NCBI GenBank assembly: GCA_002269645.1
Contig: NIVC01002306.1
Span: forward strand, 121,316 to 185,315
DNA length: 64,000 bases
Origin: Macrostomum lignano
Lineage: Eukaryota
Reading direction: 5' to 3'
Shown: positions 13,950-25,573 of the stretch, piece after piece
Layout: every line of letters starts with the position of its first letter
How positions within the stretch are numbered: the first letter of the stretch is position 1
Position numbers and translations under genes: made by a program
The notes under the pieces: model-generated
The model's input: the letters and a program-made list of their open reading frames with translations, nothing else
What the model was told of the DNA's origin: nothing
Database searches by the model: none

Positions 13950-16850
13950 TGGGGGTTCAAAGCAAGTGTCCGCTCCAACAACACAGGAGTGTCCGTTTCA
14001 ATCCAAAGGTGTCCGTTCAATCCAAGGGTGTCCGTTTCAAGACAGGGGTGTCCACTTCAACACAAGGGTTGTCCTCTCCAAGACAGGGGCGTCCGCTTCA
14101 AGACAGGGGTGTCCGTTTCAACACAAGGGTTGTCCGCTTCAAGAGAGAGGTGTCCACTTCAAGACAGTGGTGTCCGCTTCAAGACAGGGTTGTCCTCTCT
14201 CCAAGACGGGTCTACGACTTTTGCCTGCCGGACGTTTGCCAGCCGACGTTTGCCAGCGGGACGTTTGCCAGCCGACGTTTGCCAGCCGACGTTTGCCTGC
14301 GGGACATTGGCCAGCCGGACATCTGCAGGCGGCAATTGGTTAAAGAAGTACGCCCTCTCTTAGGCTTACATGTACTTGCATTTGAAAACTGTGGACACAG
14401 CACTAATCTAATTCCACCTCGCTCCCTACTACTGCTATTAAATATACAGGTTACTAACAAACTACTGTTCAGGCTTATTGAAGTTATTGCTCTTGTCTGC
14501 CTAAATATAAAGGTAAAAATACAAAATAGGAGTTTCCATCGTCACGGTTGATGTCTATGTATGCCATGGAACGCCCCTTTCCATCTCAGTGGCCAAACAA
14601 GCTAAGTGTTTACAATCTAAATGGGAAAAGGCTGAGAAATCCATAAAGGTATTGGCCTAGTCTCGCCTATATATACTTAACTCAAAAGCCAAACTCTGCT
14701 TAATGGAGTTTGGCCATGACAGCGTACACTTGACAAGCTGCATTGGAATTAATTCGCTTAATTTTGGATCTCCCAATGAACTGGGAAATATATAAGCCAG
14801 AATTATCGTTCAGCTGGTCTTTTATTTGCCCAAAACTTGGCTCGCTGGAGATTCCCGATTAAATTTGCGTCTTCATTCGCAAATCAGAAATCAAACATCT
14901 CAAACTGGGAAAATCAATACAAAGCTGTCAGAAGTAAACTTTATAATATTTTCACATTCAAAGAAATTGTAGTTAGATTATATGTTAGATTGATGAACTG
15001 CATAATTTGTATAGATTTTGTTTTCGAACTTTTATACATGCGAACGAATAACCGTCAAAAAGTTGAACTAAAAAACGGCTTTTTAAACCGCTAAACTGCG
15101 AATATTTCAGTATCAAATTTTTCACTCACTGACTTAATGTCGGCTGGCAAACGTCGGCTGGCAAACGTCGGCTGGCAAACGTCGGCTGGCAAACGTCGGC
15201 TGACAAACGTCGGCTGACAAACGTCGGCTGGCAAACGTCGGCTGGCAAAACGTCGGCTGGCAAACGTCGGCTGGCAAACGTCGGCTGGCAAACGTCGGCT
15301 GGCAAACGTCGGCTGACAAACGTCGGCTGACAAACGTCGGCTGGCAAACGTCGGCTGGCAAAACGTCGGCTGGCAAACGTCGGCTGGCAAACGTCGGCTG
15401 GCAAACGTCGGCTGGCAAACGTCGGCTGGCAAACGTCGGCTGGCAAACGTCGGCTGGCAAACGTCGGCTGGCAAACGTCGGCTGACAAACGTCGGCTGGC
15501 AAACGTCGGCTTTAAGACAGAGGTGTCCGCTTCAAGACAGGGGTGTCCGCTCCAAGACAGGGGTGTCCTCTTCAAGGCAGGGGTGTCCGCTTCAAGACAG
15601 GGGTGTCCGCTTCAACAATAGGGGTGTCCTCTTCAAGGCAGGGGTGTCCGCTCCAAAACAGAGATGTCCGCTTCAAGACAGAGGTGTCCACTTCAAGACA
15701 GGGGTGTCCGCTTTAAGACAGAGGTGTCCGCTTCAAGACAGGGGTGTCCGCTTCAAGACAGGGTGTGTCCGCTTCAAGACAGGGGTGTCCGCTTCAAGAC
15801 AGGGTGTGTCCGCTTCAAGACAGGGGTGTCCGCTTCAACAATAGGGGTGTCCTCTTCAAGGCAGGGGTGTCCGCTCCAAAACAGAGATGTCCGCTTCAAG
15901 ACAGAGGTGTCCACTTCAAGACAGAGGTGTCCGCTTTAAGACAGAGGTGTCCGCTTCAAGACAGGGGTGTCCGCTTCAAGACAGGGTGTGTCCGCTTCAA
16001 GACAGGGGTGTCCGCTTCAAGACAGGGTGTGTCCGCTTCAAGACAGGGGTGTCCGCTTCAAGACAGGGTGTGTCCGCTTCAAGACAGGGGTGTCCGCTTC
16101 AAGACAGGGTGTGTCCGCTTCAAGACAGGGGTGTCCGCTTTAAGACAGAGGTGTCCGCTTTAAGACAGAGGTGTCCGCTTCAAGACAGGGTGTGTCCGCT
16201 TCAAGACAGGGTGTGTCCGCTTCAAGGCAGGGGTGTCCGCTCCAAAACAGAGATGTCCGCTTCAAGACACAGGTGTCCGCTTCAAGACAGGGTGTGTCCG
16301 CTTTAAGACAGGGGTGTCCGCTTTAAGACAGAGGTGTCCGCTTTAAGACAGAGGTGTCCGCTTCAAGACAGGGTATGTCCGCTTCAAGACAGGGTGTGTC
16401 CGCTTCAAGGCAGGGGTGTCCGCTCCAAAACAGAGATGTCCGCTTCAAGACACAGGTGTCCGCTTCAAGACAGAGGTGTCCGCTTCAAGACAGGGTGTGT
16501 CCGCTTTAAGACAGGGGTGTCCGCTTTAAGACAGAGGTGTCCGCTTTAAGACAGAGGTGTCCGCTTCAAGACAGGGTGTGTCCGCTTCAAGACAGGGTGT
16601 GTCCGCTTCAAGACAGGGGTGTCCGCTTCAACAATAGGGTTCTCCGCTTAAAGACAGGGGTGTCCTCTTCAAGGCAGGGGTGTCCGCTCCAAAACAGAGA
16701 TGTCCGCTTCAAGACACAGGTGTCCGCTTCAAGACACAGGTGTCCGCTTCAAGACAGAGGTGTCCGCTTCAAGACAGGGTGTGTCCGCTTTAAGACAGGG
16801 GTGTCCGCTTCAACACAGGGGTGTCCGCTTCAAGACAGGGGTGTCCGCCT
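13950..16850. repeat. 20/21-bp minisatellite (CAAGACAGGGGTGTCCGCTT)n, interrupted at 14208-15510
   Basis: Units visible at 13960-14207 and 15511-16850 in the same orientation. Confidence 0.95.
14208..15510. mobile_element. Non-autonomous Foldback/MULE-like element with inverted arrays of a 14-bp motif; right terminus lost
   Basis: Begins GGGTCTACGAC, then (GCCAGCCGACGTTT)n at 14220-14330, a non-coding core, and the reverse-complement array at 15137-15510. The right array runs into the minisatellite through gctt microhomology. Confidence 0.7.
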
Positions 16851-17188
16851 TTAAACAGCTTAAATACTATTACAGTAACCACATGTTGACGTTAATATAT
16901 TGCCGGTTTGCTTTTAAATAAGTCGAAAGCAGAAACATGAAAATTTATTGAATATATTTATGCTTTTATCATTTTTAAAAGGAACGGAGAATACATGATT
17001 GTAAATGTTGCTGTCTGTCCAGTGGTACAGACACATGTATTGGTCTTATCAGCAGCAAGAGCTGTGAGGTAATGCTATAAATACTCGTACACATTTGTAG
17101 CGAGAATATTATCGCTACTAGTCCTGGCCTATATACCTATACTCTGGCACAGACTTATGGGCGAGAGCAGAGCTTCGCTAATAACAGC

Positions 17189-17268
17189 GGTAGCGTGGCC
17201 GAGCGGTCTAAGGCGCTGGTTTAAGGCACCAGTCCGAAAGGGCGTGGGTTCGAATTCCACCGCTGCCA
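17189..17268 (+). tRNA. tRNA-Leu, anticodon AAG
   Basis: GGTAGCG/CGCTGCC acceptor stem, D-arm GGCCGAGCGGTCT, anticodon arm CTGGT-TTAAGGC-ACCAG, long variable arm, TTCGAAT T-loop. Confidence 0.97.
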
Positions 17269-17271
17269 GGA

Positions 17272-17278
17272 TTTTTTT
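17272..17278 (+). terminator. RNA polymerase III T-run terminator of tRNA-Leu
   Basis: T7 starting 4 bp after the discriminator base. Confidence 0.85.
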
Positions 17279-17949
17279 AAAATTCGGCTGAAAGGACCAG
17301 TGTGTCTACTACAGCTTGGTCCTGCCTTGTGTACAATACGGTCAATACCATTTCAATAGGTAGTAGCCGTTTGCCCAGTCAAGAGTAAAACCTCAAATTA
17401 AGTCAAAGCTAATTAAGATCAAACCATTGTAAGTTCAACAATATAATCAAAGTCCCTGTACAAGACAGGTGGGTGGGTAAGCGCTATTATTTTATGGATC
17501 TACATTTTCATGAAACATCAAATTTACAATTTACAAAATTATGGATAAAAATAAGACTTCCTATAATAACTGGAGCAATTAATGGGAAAGTTCAAAAAGA
17601 TTTACTCCAGAACCAATCCGGAGAATCATATTGATTTATTATTCCAGAACCGCTGTCGGTAGAAAAGTCAATTAAATCTATCGATTAATTTTCTGTCTAA
17701 AAATAATTTTTTGAAGAAGTATCTTCTGTCACCCGATAGTTTCTTTATTTAGCGCATCTTGTTAATAGAAAAAATGCATTTACGAGAAACGTTATACATG
17801 TTATACATGTAAATATCGAATTGAAAGAGGATGTGAACTTAAGCGCGATTTGGAAGCCGTGAGTCAGGCAACCAAACCGCAGCAAAATTCTCACTATTCA
17901 GACCCAAAATAGACAAGAAAAGCGTAATTGATCTTTCTTCCACTCCGGC

Positions 17950-20350
17950 CGCTTCCGCATGGGATAAATGGGGAAAAATGGGGATTTCATGTGAACTTAA
18001 GGCTCTGAAATGGAAGCGGTGGCCGATTGAGCCGGTTTCTCTATCGGATCTCTCTACTGGACCGACAATGAGACGAGAATCGTTGAAAACCGCATCTCTC
18101 TATCATTTGGTCTCCCTGAATGGGATAAATGGGGAAAAATGGGGATTTCATGTGAACTTAAGGCTCTGAAATGGAAGCAATGGCCGATTGAGCCGGTTTC
18201 TCTATCGGATCTCTCTACTGGACCGACAATGAGACGAGAATCGTTGAAAACCGCATCTCTCTATCATTTGGTCTCCCTGAATGGGATAAATGGGGAAAAA
18301 TGGGGATTTCATGTGAACTTAAGGCTCTGAAATGGAAGCAATGGCCGATTGAGCCGGTTTCTCTATCGGATCTCTCTACTGGACCGACAATGAGACAAGA
18401 ATCGTTAAAAAACGCATCTCTCTATCATTTGGTCTCCCTGAATGGGATAAATGGGGAAAAATGGGGATTTCATGTGAACTTAAGGCTCTGAAATGGAAGC
18501 AATGGCCGATTGAGCCGGTTTCTCTATCGGATCTCTCTACTGGACCGACAATGAGACAAGAATCGTTGAAAACCGCATCTCTCTATCATTTGGTCTCCCT
18601 GAATGGGATAAATGGGGAAAAATGGGGATTTCATGGGAACTTAAGGCTCTGAAATGGAAGCAATGGCCGATTGAGCCGGTTTCTCTATCGGATCTCTCTA
18701 CTGGACCGACAATGAGACAAGAATCGTTTAAAACCGCATCTCTCTATCATTTGGTCGCCCTGAATGGGATAAATGGGGAAAAATGGGGATTTCATGTGAG
18801 CTTAAGGCTCTGAAATGGAAGCGGTGGCCGATTGAGCCGGTTTCTCTATCGGATCTCTCTACTGGACCGACAATGAGACAAGAATCGTTAAAAACTGCAT
18901 CTCTCTATCATTTGGTCTCCCTGAATGGGATAAATGGGGAAAAATGGGGATTTCATGTGAACTTAAGGCTCTGGAATGGAAGCGGTGGCCGATTGAGCCG
19001 GTTTCTCTATCGGATCTCTCTACTGGACCGACAATGAGACAAGAATCGTTGAAAACCGCATCTCTCTATCATTTGGTCTCCCTGAATGGGATAAATGGGG
19101 AAAAATGGGGATTTCATGTGAGCTTAAGGCTCTGAAATAGAAGCGGTGGCCGATTGAGCCGGTTTCTCTATCGGATCTCTCTACTGAACCGACAATGAGA
19201 CAAGAATCGTTAAAAACCGCATCTCTCTATCATTTGGTCTCCCTGAATGGGATAAATGGGGAAAAATGGGGATTTCATGTGAGCTTAAGGCTCTGAAATG
19301 GAAGCGGTGGCCGATTGAGCCGGTTTCTCTATCGGATCTCTCTACTGGACCGACAATGAGACGAGAATCGTTGAAAACCGCATCTCTCTATCATTTGGTC
19401 TCCCTGAATGGGATAAATGGGGAAAAATGGGGATTTCATGTGAACTTAAGGCTCTGAAATGGAAGCAATGGCCGATTGAGCCGGTTTCTCTATCGGATCT
19501 CTCTACTGGACCGACAATGAGACGAGAATCGTTTAAAACCGCATCTCTCTATCATTTGGTCTCCCTGAATGGGATAAATGGGGAAAAATGGGGATTTCAT
19601 GTGAACTTAAGGCTCTGAAATGGAAGCGGTGGCCGATTGAGCCGGTTTCTCTATCGGATCTCTCTACTGGACCGACAATGAGACAAGAATCGTTAAAAAC
19701 CGCATCTCTCTATCATTTGGTCTCCCTGAATGGGATAAATGGGGAAAAATGGGGATTTCATGTGAACTTAAGGCTCTGAAATGGAAGCGGTGGCCGATTG
19801 AGCCGGTTTCTCTATCGGATCTCTCTACTGGACCGACAATGAGACAAGAATCGTTAAAAACCGCATCTCTCTATCATTTGGTCTCCCTGAATGGGATAAA
19901 TGGGGAAAAATGGGGATTTCATGTGAACTTAAGGCTCTGAAATGGAAGCGGTGGCCGATTGAGCCGGTTTCTCTATCGGATCTCTCTAATGGACCGACAA
20001 TGAGACAAGAATCGTTTAAAACCGCATCTCTCTATCATTTGGTCTCCCTGAATGGGATAAATGGGGAAAAATGGGGATTTCATGGGAACTTAAGGCTCTG
20101 AAATGGAAGCGGTGGCCGATTGAGCCGGTTTCTCTATCGGATCTCTCTACTGGACCGACAATGAGACAAGAATCGTTGAAAACCGCATCTCTCTATCATT
20201 TGGTCTCCCTGAATGGGATAAATGGGGAAAAATGGGGATTTCATGTGAACTTAAGGCTCTGAAATGGAAGCGGTGGCCGATTGAGCCGGTTTCTCTATCG
20301 GATCTCTCTAATGGACCGACAATGAGACAAGAATCGTTGAAAACCGCATC
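17950..20350 (+). repeat. 161-bp tandem array, ~15 units (left arm)
   Basis: Near-identical 63-aa pseudo-ORFs recur every 161 bp from 17978; units are contiguous with no spacers. Confidence 0.98.
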
Positions 20351-20399
20351 CCTTTTGTGTTGATGATATTTACGGGCCATACTTCGAGTACTGATGGGA

Positions 20400-21818
20400 T
20401 GCAGCTGCGATGCAAGGTCTTCAAGCTCCAACCACGTATCACCATCGAAATTCTCAAGCGTGTGTTGCACCTGGATGTTCTGGATATAGCTTTCAGACTG
20501 CTGTACATGAAATGGTCCCACACTTACTTCATGAAGGTTGTCTATCTCAATTCGAGGAAAGCCTGTGGACTCAGGATCTAGCGCATCGACTGGTGACCAG
20601 CGCCTCGACCCTTCGATAGGAGTTCGGGTCACGTCACACAGGTAGTTCGCACCTTCAATCGGATCGAATTCGTTTCTGAGAAACATGCGTCTGGTAAAAT
20701 TCTGACCAAACTAAAAAATTGAGCTGTCATTCCATGACTTTGGTAGCGTTTTATTCAGTGGGAATCCAATGTGCGATCGGTTGTATTTGGCAATACAGTT
20801 GTCGATAATGACATCTAGCCGACTAGATGTACTGAATTCAGCTGGCTGCTGCCACTGGTATGGCTCATGCCGCTCATTATTACACCTGTTCTGCTTGATT
20901 GCAGCGAACGCGCACTCAACAGAAAAGCGGAAAAGCGTAGCCAGCCTACTGGTATTTGACTCAATAGCAGTCAGTTTTCCATGAACGGGGGGGGGCGATC
21001 CTCAGCCGATACTGGATTCTTTACGTAGCAAAATCGATCATTAAGTGTTGGATCGCCGGGTCCGAGAGGAAACAATAGCAGCGTGTTTCCTCGACTGTTT
21101 GATTCAATCAGATCGCGGAAACTCTTGCCCGATGAATCAGTGCAGCGTGGTGAACTGTAACCGCGGTCAAATATCGCCACGACTCGATACCCTGGCACAT
21201 TGGCACAGAGTAGTTTTGTTAGTGCAGCTGGAATGAGATGCTTTCGCTCCATCTCTATCTGGTAGGCCGCCAGATTTCCATCACTGAGGACAGGAGATGT
21301 GGATCCGCTGAGCGGTGCTGCGTAAACTACCTTGCCAGTCGCATTCACTACGAGCAGTTACTTTAAAACGTTGCTACTCTTCGGAGCATAGTATGTGCGT
21401 TTCTGCAGATGGTGCTGGCCGCCTTTACCGATGAAAAAGTACGTATGGTCACCGATAAACAAAACAAGCTGCTTAACCCCAAACGTATCGTTCAAAAATA
21501 CCTGCAAAAAATTCGTCCCTAACAACGTTCGTCTCCAGGATCGTCTCAATCGGAGCACATGACAGTAGCCTTGGTTGAAAAGGGTCGTTGATGTATAGTG
21601 ATCCTTGGCCACCTCCCAAAAGACTTCACAAGCGCGGCGCGCAGAAATGTTGAAATCGTTTCCTATGGCTTCAAAGCTGACGCCATGGCGGAGTTTTTTC
21701 AGGTAAAGAAATATACTCTGTTCTCTTGACTTAGAAATCTAGTGCGTACTGAGCCAGAGATGAGGCTTTTGAAGCTGTCAAAGTTCTCTCGAGACATTCC
21801 AACGACTTTCTCAAAGCG
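20400..21818 (-). pseudogene. PIF/Harbinger-ISL2EU (DDE_Tnp_4-type) transposase, 3' portion
   Basis: HTH segment FLYLKKLRHGVSFEAIGNDFNIS. Catalytic motifs IGDHTYFFIGKG...QKRTY (D, 21448-21450), VAIFDRGY (D, 21166-21168) and ESNTSRLATLFRFSVECAF (E, 20915-20917), then FPRIEIDNLHEVSVGPFHVQQSESY. Disabled by a frameshift near 21712, TAA at 21358-21360, a G9 frameshift at 20987-20995 and TAG at ~20711. Confidence 0.8.
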
Positions 21819-21915
21819 CAAAATATTTCTTATATATTTCTTATTTATATATTCTTAATATTTCTTTTGGCAAAATATTTTTAGCCTGCCTGATTTGCCA
21901 AGCACTGCACTCACA

Positions 21916-22941
21916 ATGGACTCTACGTTGGGCAGCATGACCGTGCAGGCCCTCAAAGATGCCTTACGCGAGAAGGCCTTACCTACAAGTGGCAATAAAG
22001 AAGAGCTGATAGGCCGCCTGCTCGCTGCAAGCCAGGCCGAACGAGCTCCCAGCGATGACGACGGTGACGACGACCAGGACGAGGATGACGTGCGCCGGGC
22101 TGCGCCAGCGGAGGAGGCCACAGAAGCGCAGATTCGGCAGACTCAGAAGAGGATCGAGCTGCTTAAACTGCAGAAGGCTGAGGCCCAGTTGCGGGATGAA
22201 GTGCAGTCGATCCACAGTGGCGCCGCATCGCCCCCGCTGGCCAGAGGAGGTCCGGACATCTACGCCAGCCTGTTCGGGGACCAGAGCCGACAACCGAGGT
22301 TTGATTCGGCCGGAGCCCAGCGGCCCCCATCAGCGCTGCTCATCCCGGAATTTCTGGACGAGAGGCAGCAGTCGGGAGGATGGCTGACACAGGAACGTGG
22401 TCGCCTGACTCTGAAAGGCGCAACGCCGAGCCTGTCCGGAGTCAACTTCGGCCAGTGGGTGGCTGCCAACGCGCGGATCATGCAGCGACTGCTGGAGACC
22501 GGCCAGCTGGTGGCGCCCGGTACGGATGGACAGCCCGACTGCAAGAGTCTGAACGCCTACCTCAACTTTAACATCCACATCGGCGAGCTGCTCGACGCTG
22601 GCTACGACTGGAAGGTGGTGCTCCAGTACGACCAGGACATGAGGCTGCAGCAGCACTCGCGACAGCGCGACTGGGACAGCCCCGATCTGAACCTCATCAT
22701 CAAGCATATGACGGCGCCCAAAAACCTGCGAGCTGCTGGCCCAGTCGCGGTCGGTCAAGGAGTCCAGGGTCACCGTAGCAGGGGCCAGCTGTCATCCGCT
22801 GGACAGGTCATCTGCGGCTTGTTCAATAGCAACAAAGGCTGTCACAGACACACCTGCAATTTCGCCCACATCTGCCGCATCTGCGAAGGGAGCCACTCAA
22901 AGCTGCAACACAGCTCGGTGGCTGCCGAATCAAAAAACTGA
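21916..22941 (+). CDS. Retroelement gag-like protein with N-terminal SAP domain and C-terminal Cys/His knuckle, 341 aa
   Basis: SAP: LGSMTVQALKDALREKALPTSGNKEELIGRLLA. Ngaro-type core GQWVAANARIM...YDWKVVLQYD. Knuckle CGLFNSNKGCHRHTCNFAHICRICEGSH. Confidence 0.85.
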   Translation: MDSTLGSMTVQALKDALREKALPTSGNKEELIGRLLAASQAERAPSDDDGDDDQDEDDVRRAAPAEEATEAQIRQTQKRIELLKLQKAEAQLRDEVQSIHSGAASPPLARGGPDIYASLFGDQSRQPRFDSAGAQRPPSALLIPEFLDERQQSGGWLTQERGRLTLKGATPSLSGVNFGQWVAANARIMQRLLETGQLVAPGTDGQPDCKSLNAYLNFNIHIGELLDAGYDWKVVLQYDQDMRLQQHSRQRDWDSPDLNLIIKHMTAPKNLRAAGPVAVGQGVQGHRSRGQLSSAGQVICGLFNSNKGCHRHTCNFAHICRICEGSHSKLQHSSVAAESKN

Positions 22942-25469
22942 GCAAAGAGGCGGGTCGCGGCGGCACCAGTTTTAGCCCTAAGCGGACGGCGTCTGATAGA
23001 CAGTCCAAAATTTTAATTCCATGCGAGACAGCTGCTCGCACTGCCACTGGCCCTGCCGCTCGCCCTGCCACTCGCCTTGCCGCTCGACCTGCCACTCGCC
23101 CTGCCGCTCGCCCTGCCGCTCGCCCTGCCGCTCGCCATGCCACTCGCCCTGCCACTCGCCCTGCCGCCGGCCCTGCCGCCGGCCCTGCTGCCGGCCCTGC
23201 TGCCGGCCCTGCTGCCGTTCCTGCTGCCGGTCCTGCTGCCGGCCCTGCTGCCGGCCCTGCCGCCGGTCCTGCTGCCGGCCCTGCTGCCGGTCCTGCTGCC
23301 GGCCCTGCCGCCGGTCCTGCTGCCGTTCCTGCTGCCGGTCCTGCTGCCGGTCCTGCTGCCGGCCCTGCCGCCGGTCCTGCTGCCGGCCCTGCTGCCGGTC
23401 CTGCTGCCGGCCCTGCTGCCGGCCCTGCTGCCGGCCCTGCTGCCGGCCCTGCTGCCGGTCCTGCTGCCGGCCCTGCCGCCGGTCCTGCTGCCGGCCCTGC
23501 TGCCGGCCCTGCCGCCGGCCCAGCCGCCGGCCCTGCTGCCGGCCCTGCTGCCGGCCCAGCCGCCGGCCCTGCCACCGGTCCTGCTGCCGGCCCAGCCGCC
23601 GGCCCTGCCGCCGGTCCTGCTGCCGGCCCAGCCGCTGGCCCTGCCGCCGGCCCTGCCGCCGGCCCCGCTGCCGGCCCTGCTGCCGGTCCTGCTGCCGGCG
23701 CTGCTGCCGGCCCTGTTGCCGGCCCGGTGGCTGCACTCCGAAAACGTTGGCCGCTGTTAACTGCTGCTTGGACACCAGTCCTGCTCGGAGACTCGGACGC
23801 GGAGTTTCTGATCGCGGGAATTCGCGATGGCTTTCGCATCACCGACGCGGCTCCGACCAGCGAATCCCAGCTCGAAAATCATGCATCCGCCCGCTGCGAG
23901 GCAAATCGGAATGCCGTTGAGCTGCAGATCAGAGAGGAGGTCGTGGCTGGCCGGTACATCAGCGCAACTGACTTGGGCATCGCCAGGCCGACCATCATCA
24001 GCCCACTGGGCGCCGTCCCGAAGGCAGACGGCGCCATCCGCCTGATTCACGACGCGTCCGCGCCACAGGGCAACAGCCTCAACGATCTGTACAAGCCCCG
24101 CCAGAAGATGAAGTTTGCCAATGTCGAGGATCTCACCAGGCAGCTGGCACCAAGCTGGTTCATCAGCAAGGTCGACCTACGCCACGCCTACCGAAGTGTT
24201 CAGGTGCACCCAGACTGCTATAAGGCGACGGGGCTCCGGTGGACGTTCGAGCTGGACGGTCAGCCCACTTATCTGGTTGACACGCGACTCCCATTCGGTG
24301 CGGCGGCATCAGTCAACATTTTCCACCGCCTAACGCAAGCTGTCAAGCGCTTTATGTACAGGCAATTCTCGCATCTGTCCAAATTCGTCGTCATCGCATA
24401 CCTCGACGATTTCTGCATAGCTGCCCGGGACTACGAGGTCTGCCTGCAGCTGCACAATTTTCTGCTGGTCACCCTGCAGCGCCTCGGCTTTGAGATCAAC
24501 TGGGCCAAGACGCAGAGCCCAGCCACTTCGGTCACTTTCCTGGGTGTGCAGATCGACACATTGACTGGCCTGCTGTCACTGCCCGCCAAGAAGATGGACG
24601 GCCTTCGAGAACTTCTCCAGGACTGCGCCAACTCGAAGAGCCTGCAAAAACGTCGCCTTCAGCACCTAGTCGGCAAACTGAACTGGTTCTGCAAAGTGGC
24701 CAAACCTGCAAAGGCCCTGCTTCGCGCGCTCCTGGAGATAACCATCGCTATTCCTGAGCAGCATCATCGAGTACCGGTGCGCGGCGAGCTACTGGCCCAG
24801 TTGCAGTTCTGGCAGCATGCAATCCCAGTGTTCCCGACCGACAAGCTGTGGCGGCGTGCACGAGTGCTGGCAGCGGTCGAGACGGACGCCTGCGTCAGTG
24901 CCGGTGGCATGATCCTGAGCACCTCTGATGGCCAGCGCGAGTTCCGCCTCGTCGACTTCTGCAGTGACGCCGGTGGCATCTTCCTGAGCGAGCACATCAA
25001 CGCCAAGGAGACGGTACTGCCGCTGCTCGCCATCATTCTGTTCCAGGAGCAGCTGGCCGGCGGCAAGGTGGCCTGCTACGTCGACAGCAGCGCGGCGGTC
25101 GGCACCATCAACCGCGGTGCCTCCAGCAACCCGATCGTCATGACCCTGCTCAAAACGGCCACTCTGGCAGCGCTGAGGCACGACTTTCAGTTTCGAGCTC
25201 ACCATATGCCGGGGTCCTGGCAGCTGCTGAGCGACCCGCTGTCGCGCTGCCTGACGCATCCCCGCCACATGCTGCTGTTTCTGTTGCGCTACTTCGGCCG
25301 GGCCAAGGCGCAGCCGGAAGATCTGCGCAGGGCCTGCCTCAATGAGTCAACGGCGGCCCGGTTGCTTGAGCAGGCGTCGCTCGCGCTGAGCCCCGGTCTC
25401 TGGCGCAGTTCTCGAGCGGAGCGAGTTGCGACGGCTGAAGCAGATCCCGAGCTCAGGTACGAGTCTTAG
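22932..25469 (+). CDS. pol: (PAAG)n linker, reverse transcriptase and RNase H, in the -1 frame relative to gag
   Basis: The frame is open from the gag end through the repeat into [26 protein letters not shown] and AYLDDF (RT), and [19 protein letters not shown] and LSDPLSR (RNase H). There is no ATG in the N-terminal part, so the start is inferred at the slippery site. Confidence 0.85.
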   Translation, partial: KKLSKEAGRGGTSFSPKRTASDRQSKILIPCETAARTATGPAARPATRLAARPATRPAARPAARPAARHATRPATRPAAGPAAGPAAGPAAGPAAVPAAGPAAGPAAGPAAGPAAGPAAGPAAGPAAGPAAVPAAGPAAGPAAGPAAGPAAGPAAGPAAGPAAGPAAGPAAGPAAGPAAGPAAGPAAGPAAGPAAGPAAGPAAGPAAGPAAGPATGPAAGPAAGPAAGPAAGPAAGPAAGPAAGPAAGPAAGPAAGAAAGPVAGPVAALRKRWPLLTAAWTPVLLGDSDAEFLIAGIRDGFRITDAAPTSESQLENHASARCEANRNAVELQIREEVVAGRYISATDLGIARPTIISPLGAVPKADGAIRLIHDASAPQGNSLNDLYKPRQKMKFANVEDLTRQLAPSWFISKVDLRHAYRSVQVHPDCYKATGLRWTFELDGQPTYLVDTRLPFGAAASVNIFHRLTQAVKRFMYRQFSHLSKFVVIAYLDDFCIAARDYEVCLQLHNFLLVTLQRLGFEINWAKTQSPATSVTFLGVQIDTLTGLLSLPAKKMDGLRELLQDCANSKSLQKRRLQHLVGKLNWFCKVAKPAKALLRALLEITIAIPEQHHRVPVRGELLAQLQFWQHAIPVFPTDKLWRRARVLAAVETDACVSAGGMILSTSDGQREFRLVDFCSDAGGIFLSEHINAKETVLPLLAIILFQEQLAGGKVACYVDSSAAVGTINRGASSNPIVMTLLKTATLAALRHDFQFRAHHMPGSWQLLSDPLSRCLTHPRHMLLFLLRYFGRAKAQPEDLRRACLNESTAARLLEQASLALSPGLWRSSRAERVATAEADPELRYES
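23040..23725. repeat. 12-bp GC-rich coding minisatellite (GCCGGCCCTGCT)n
   Basis: About 57 units directly visible, stop-free across the array. Confidence 0.95.
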
Positions 25470-25573
25470 AGCTATTGCTTGGACCTGGCTTTTTTGGCTT
25501 GGTTTAATTTTTTCTGCGGCTCGTTGATTTGATTTTACACGCTTGTCTCCTTCTCCCTCTTTCTGTTGGTGTT

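Noticed and set aside
13868-16921. RQGCPLQD / FASRRLPADV repeat proteins
   Set aside because: Translations of 20/21-bp and 14-bp DNA repeats whose frames cycle with unit length.
17950-20350. 161-bp array as a CRISPR array or a tandem cluster of 63-aa genes
   Set aside because: Units are contiguous and near-identical with no unique spacers or cas genes. The 63-aa ORFs overlap each other, and stops appear in some units.
21358-21360. In-frame TAA shared by both transposase copies as programmed readthrough or codon reassignment
   Set aside because: It co-occurs with frameshifts, and host genes use TAA/TGA as normal stops; simple pseudogenisation explains it.
25260-25570. Hidden tyrosine recombinase after RNase H
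   Set aside because: No long ORF or R-H-R-Y motifs in any frame. [11 protein letters not shown] faintly resembles a recombinase N-terminus, but the frame stops ~30 codons later.
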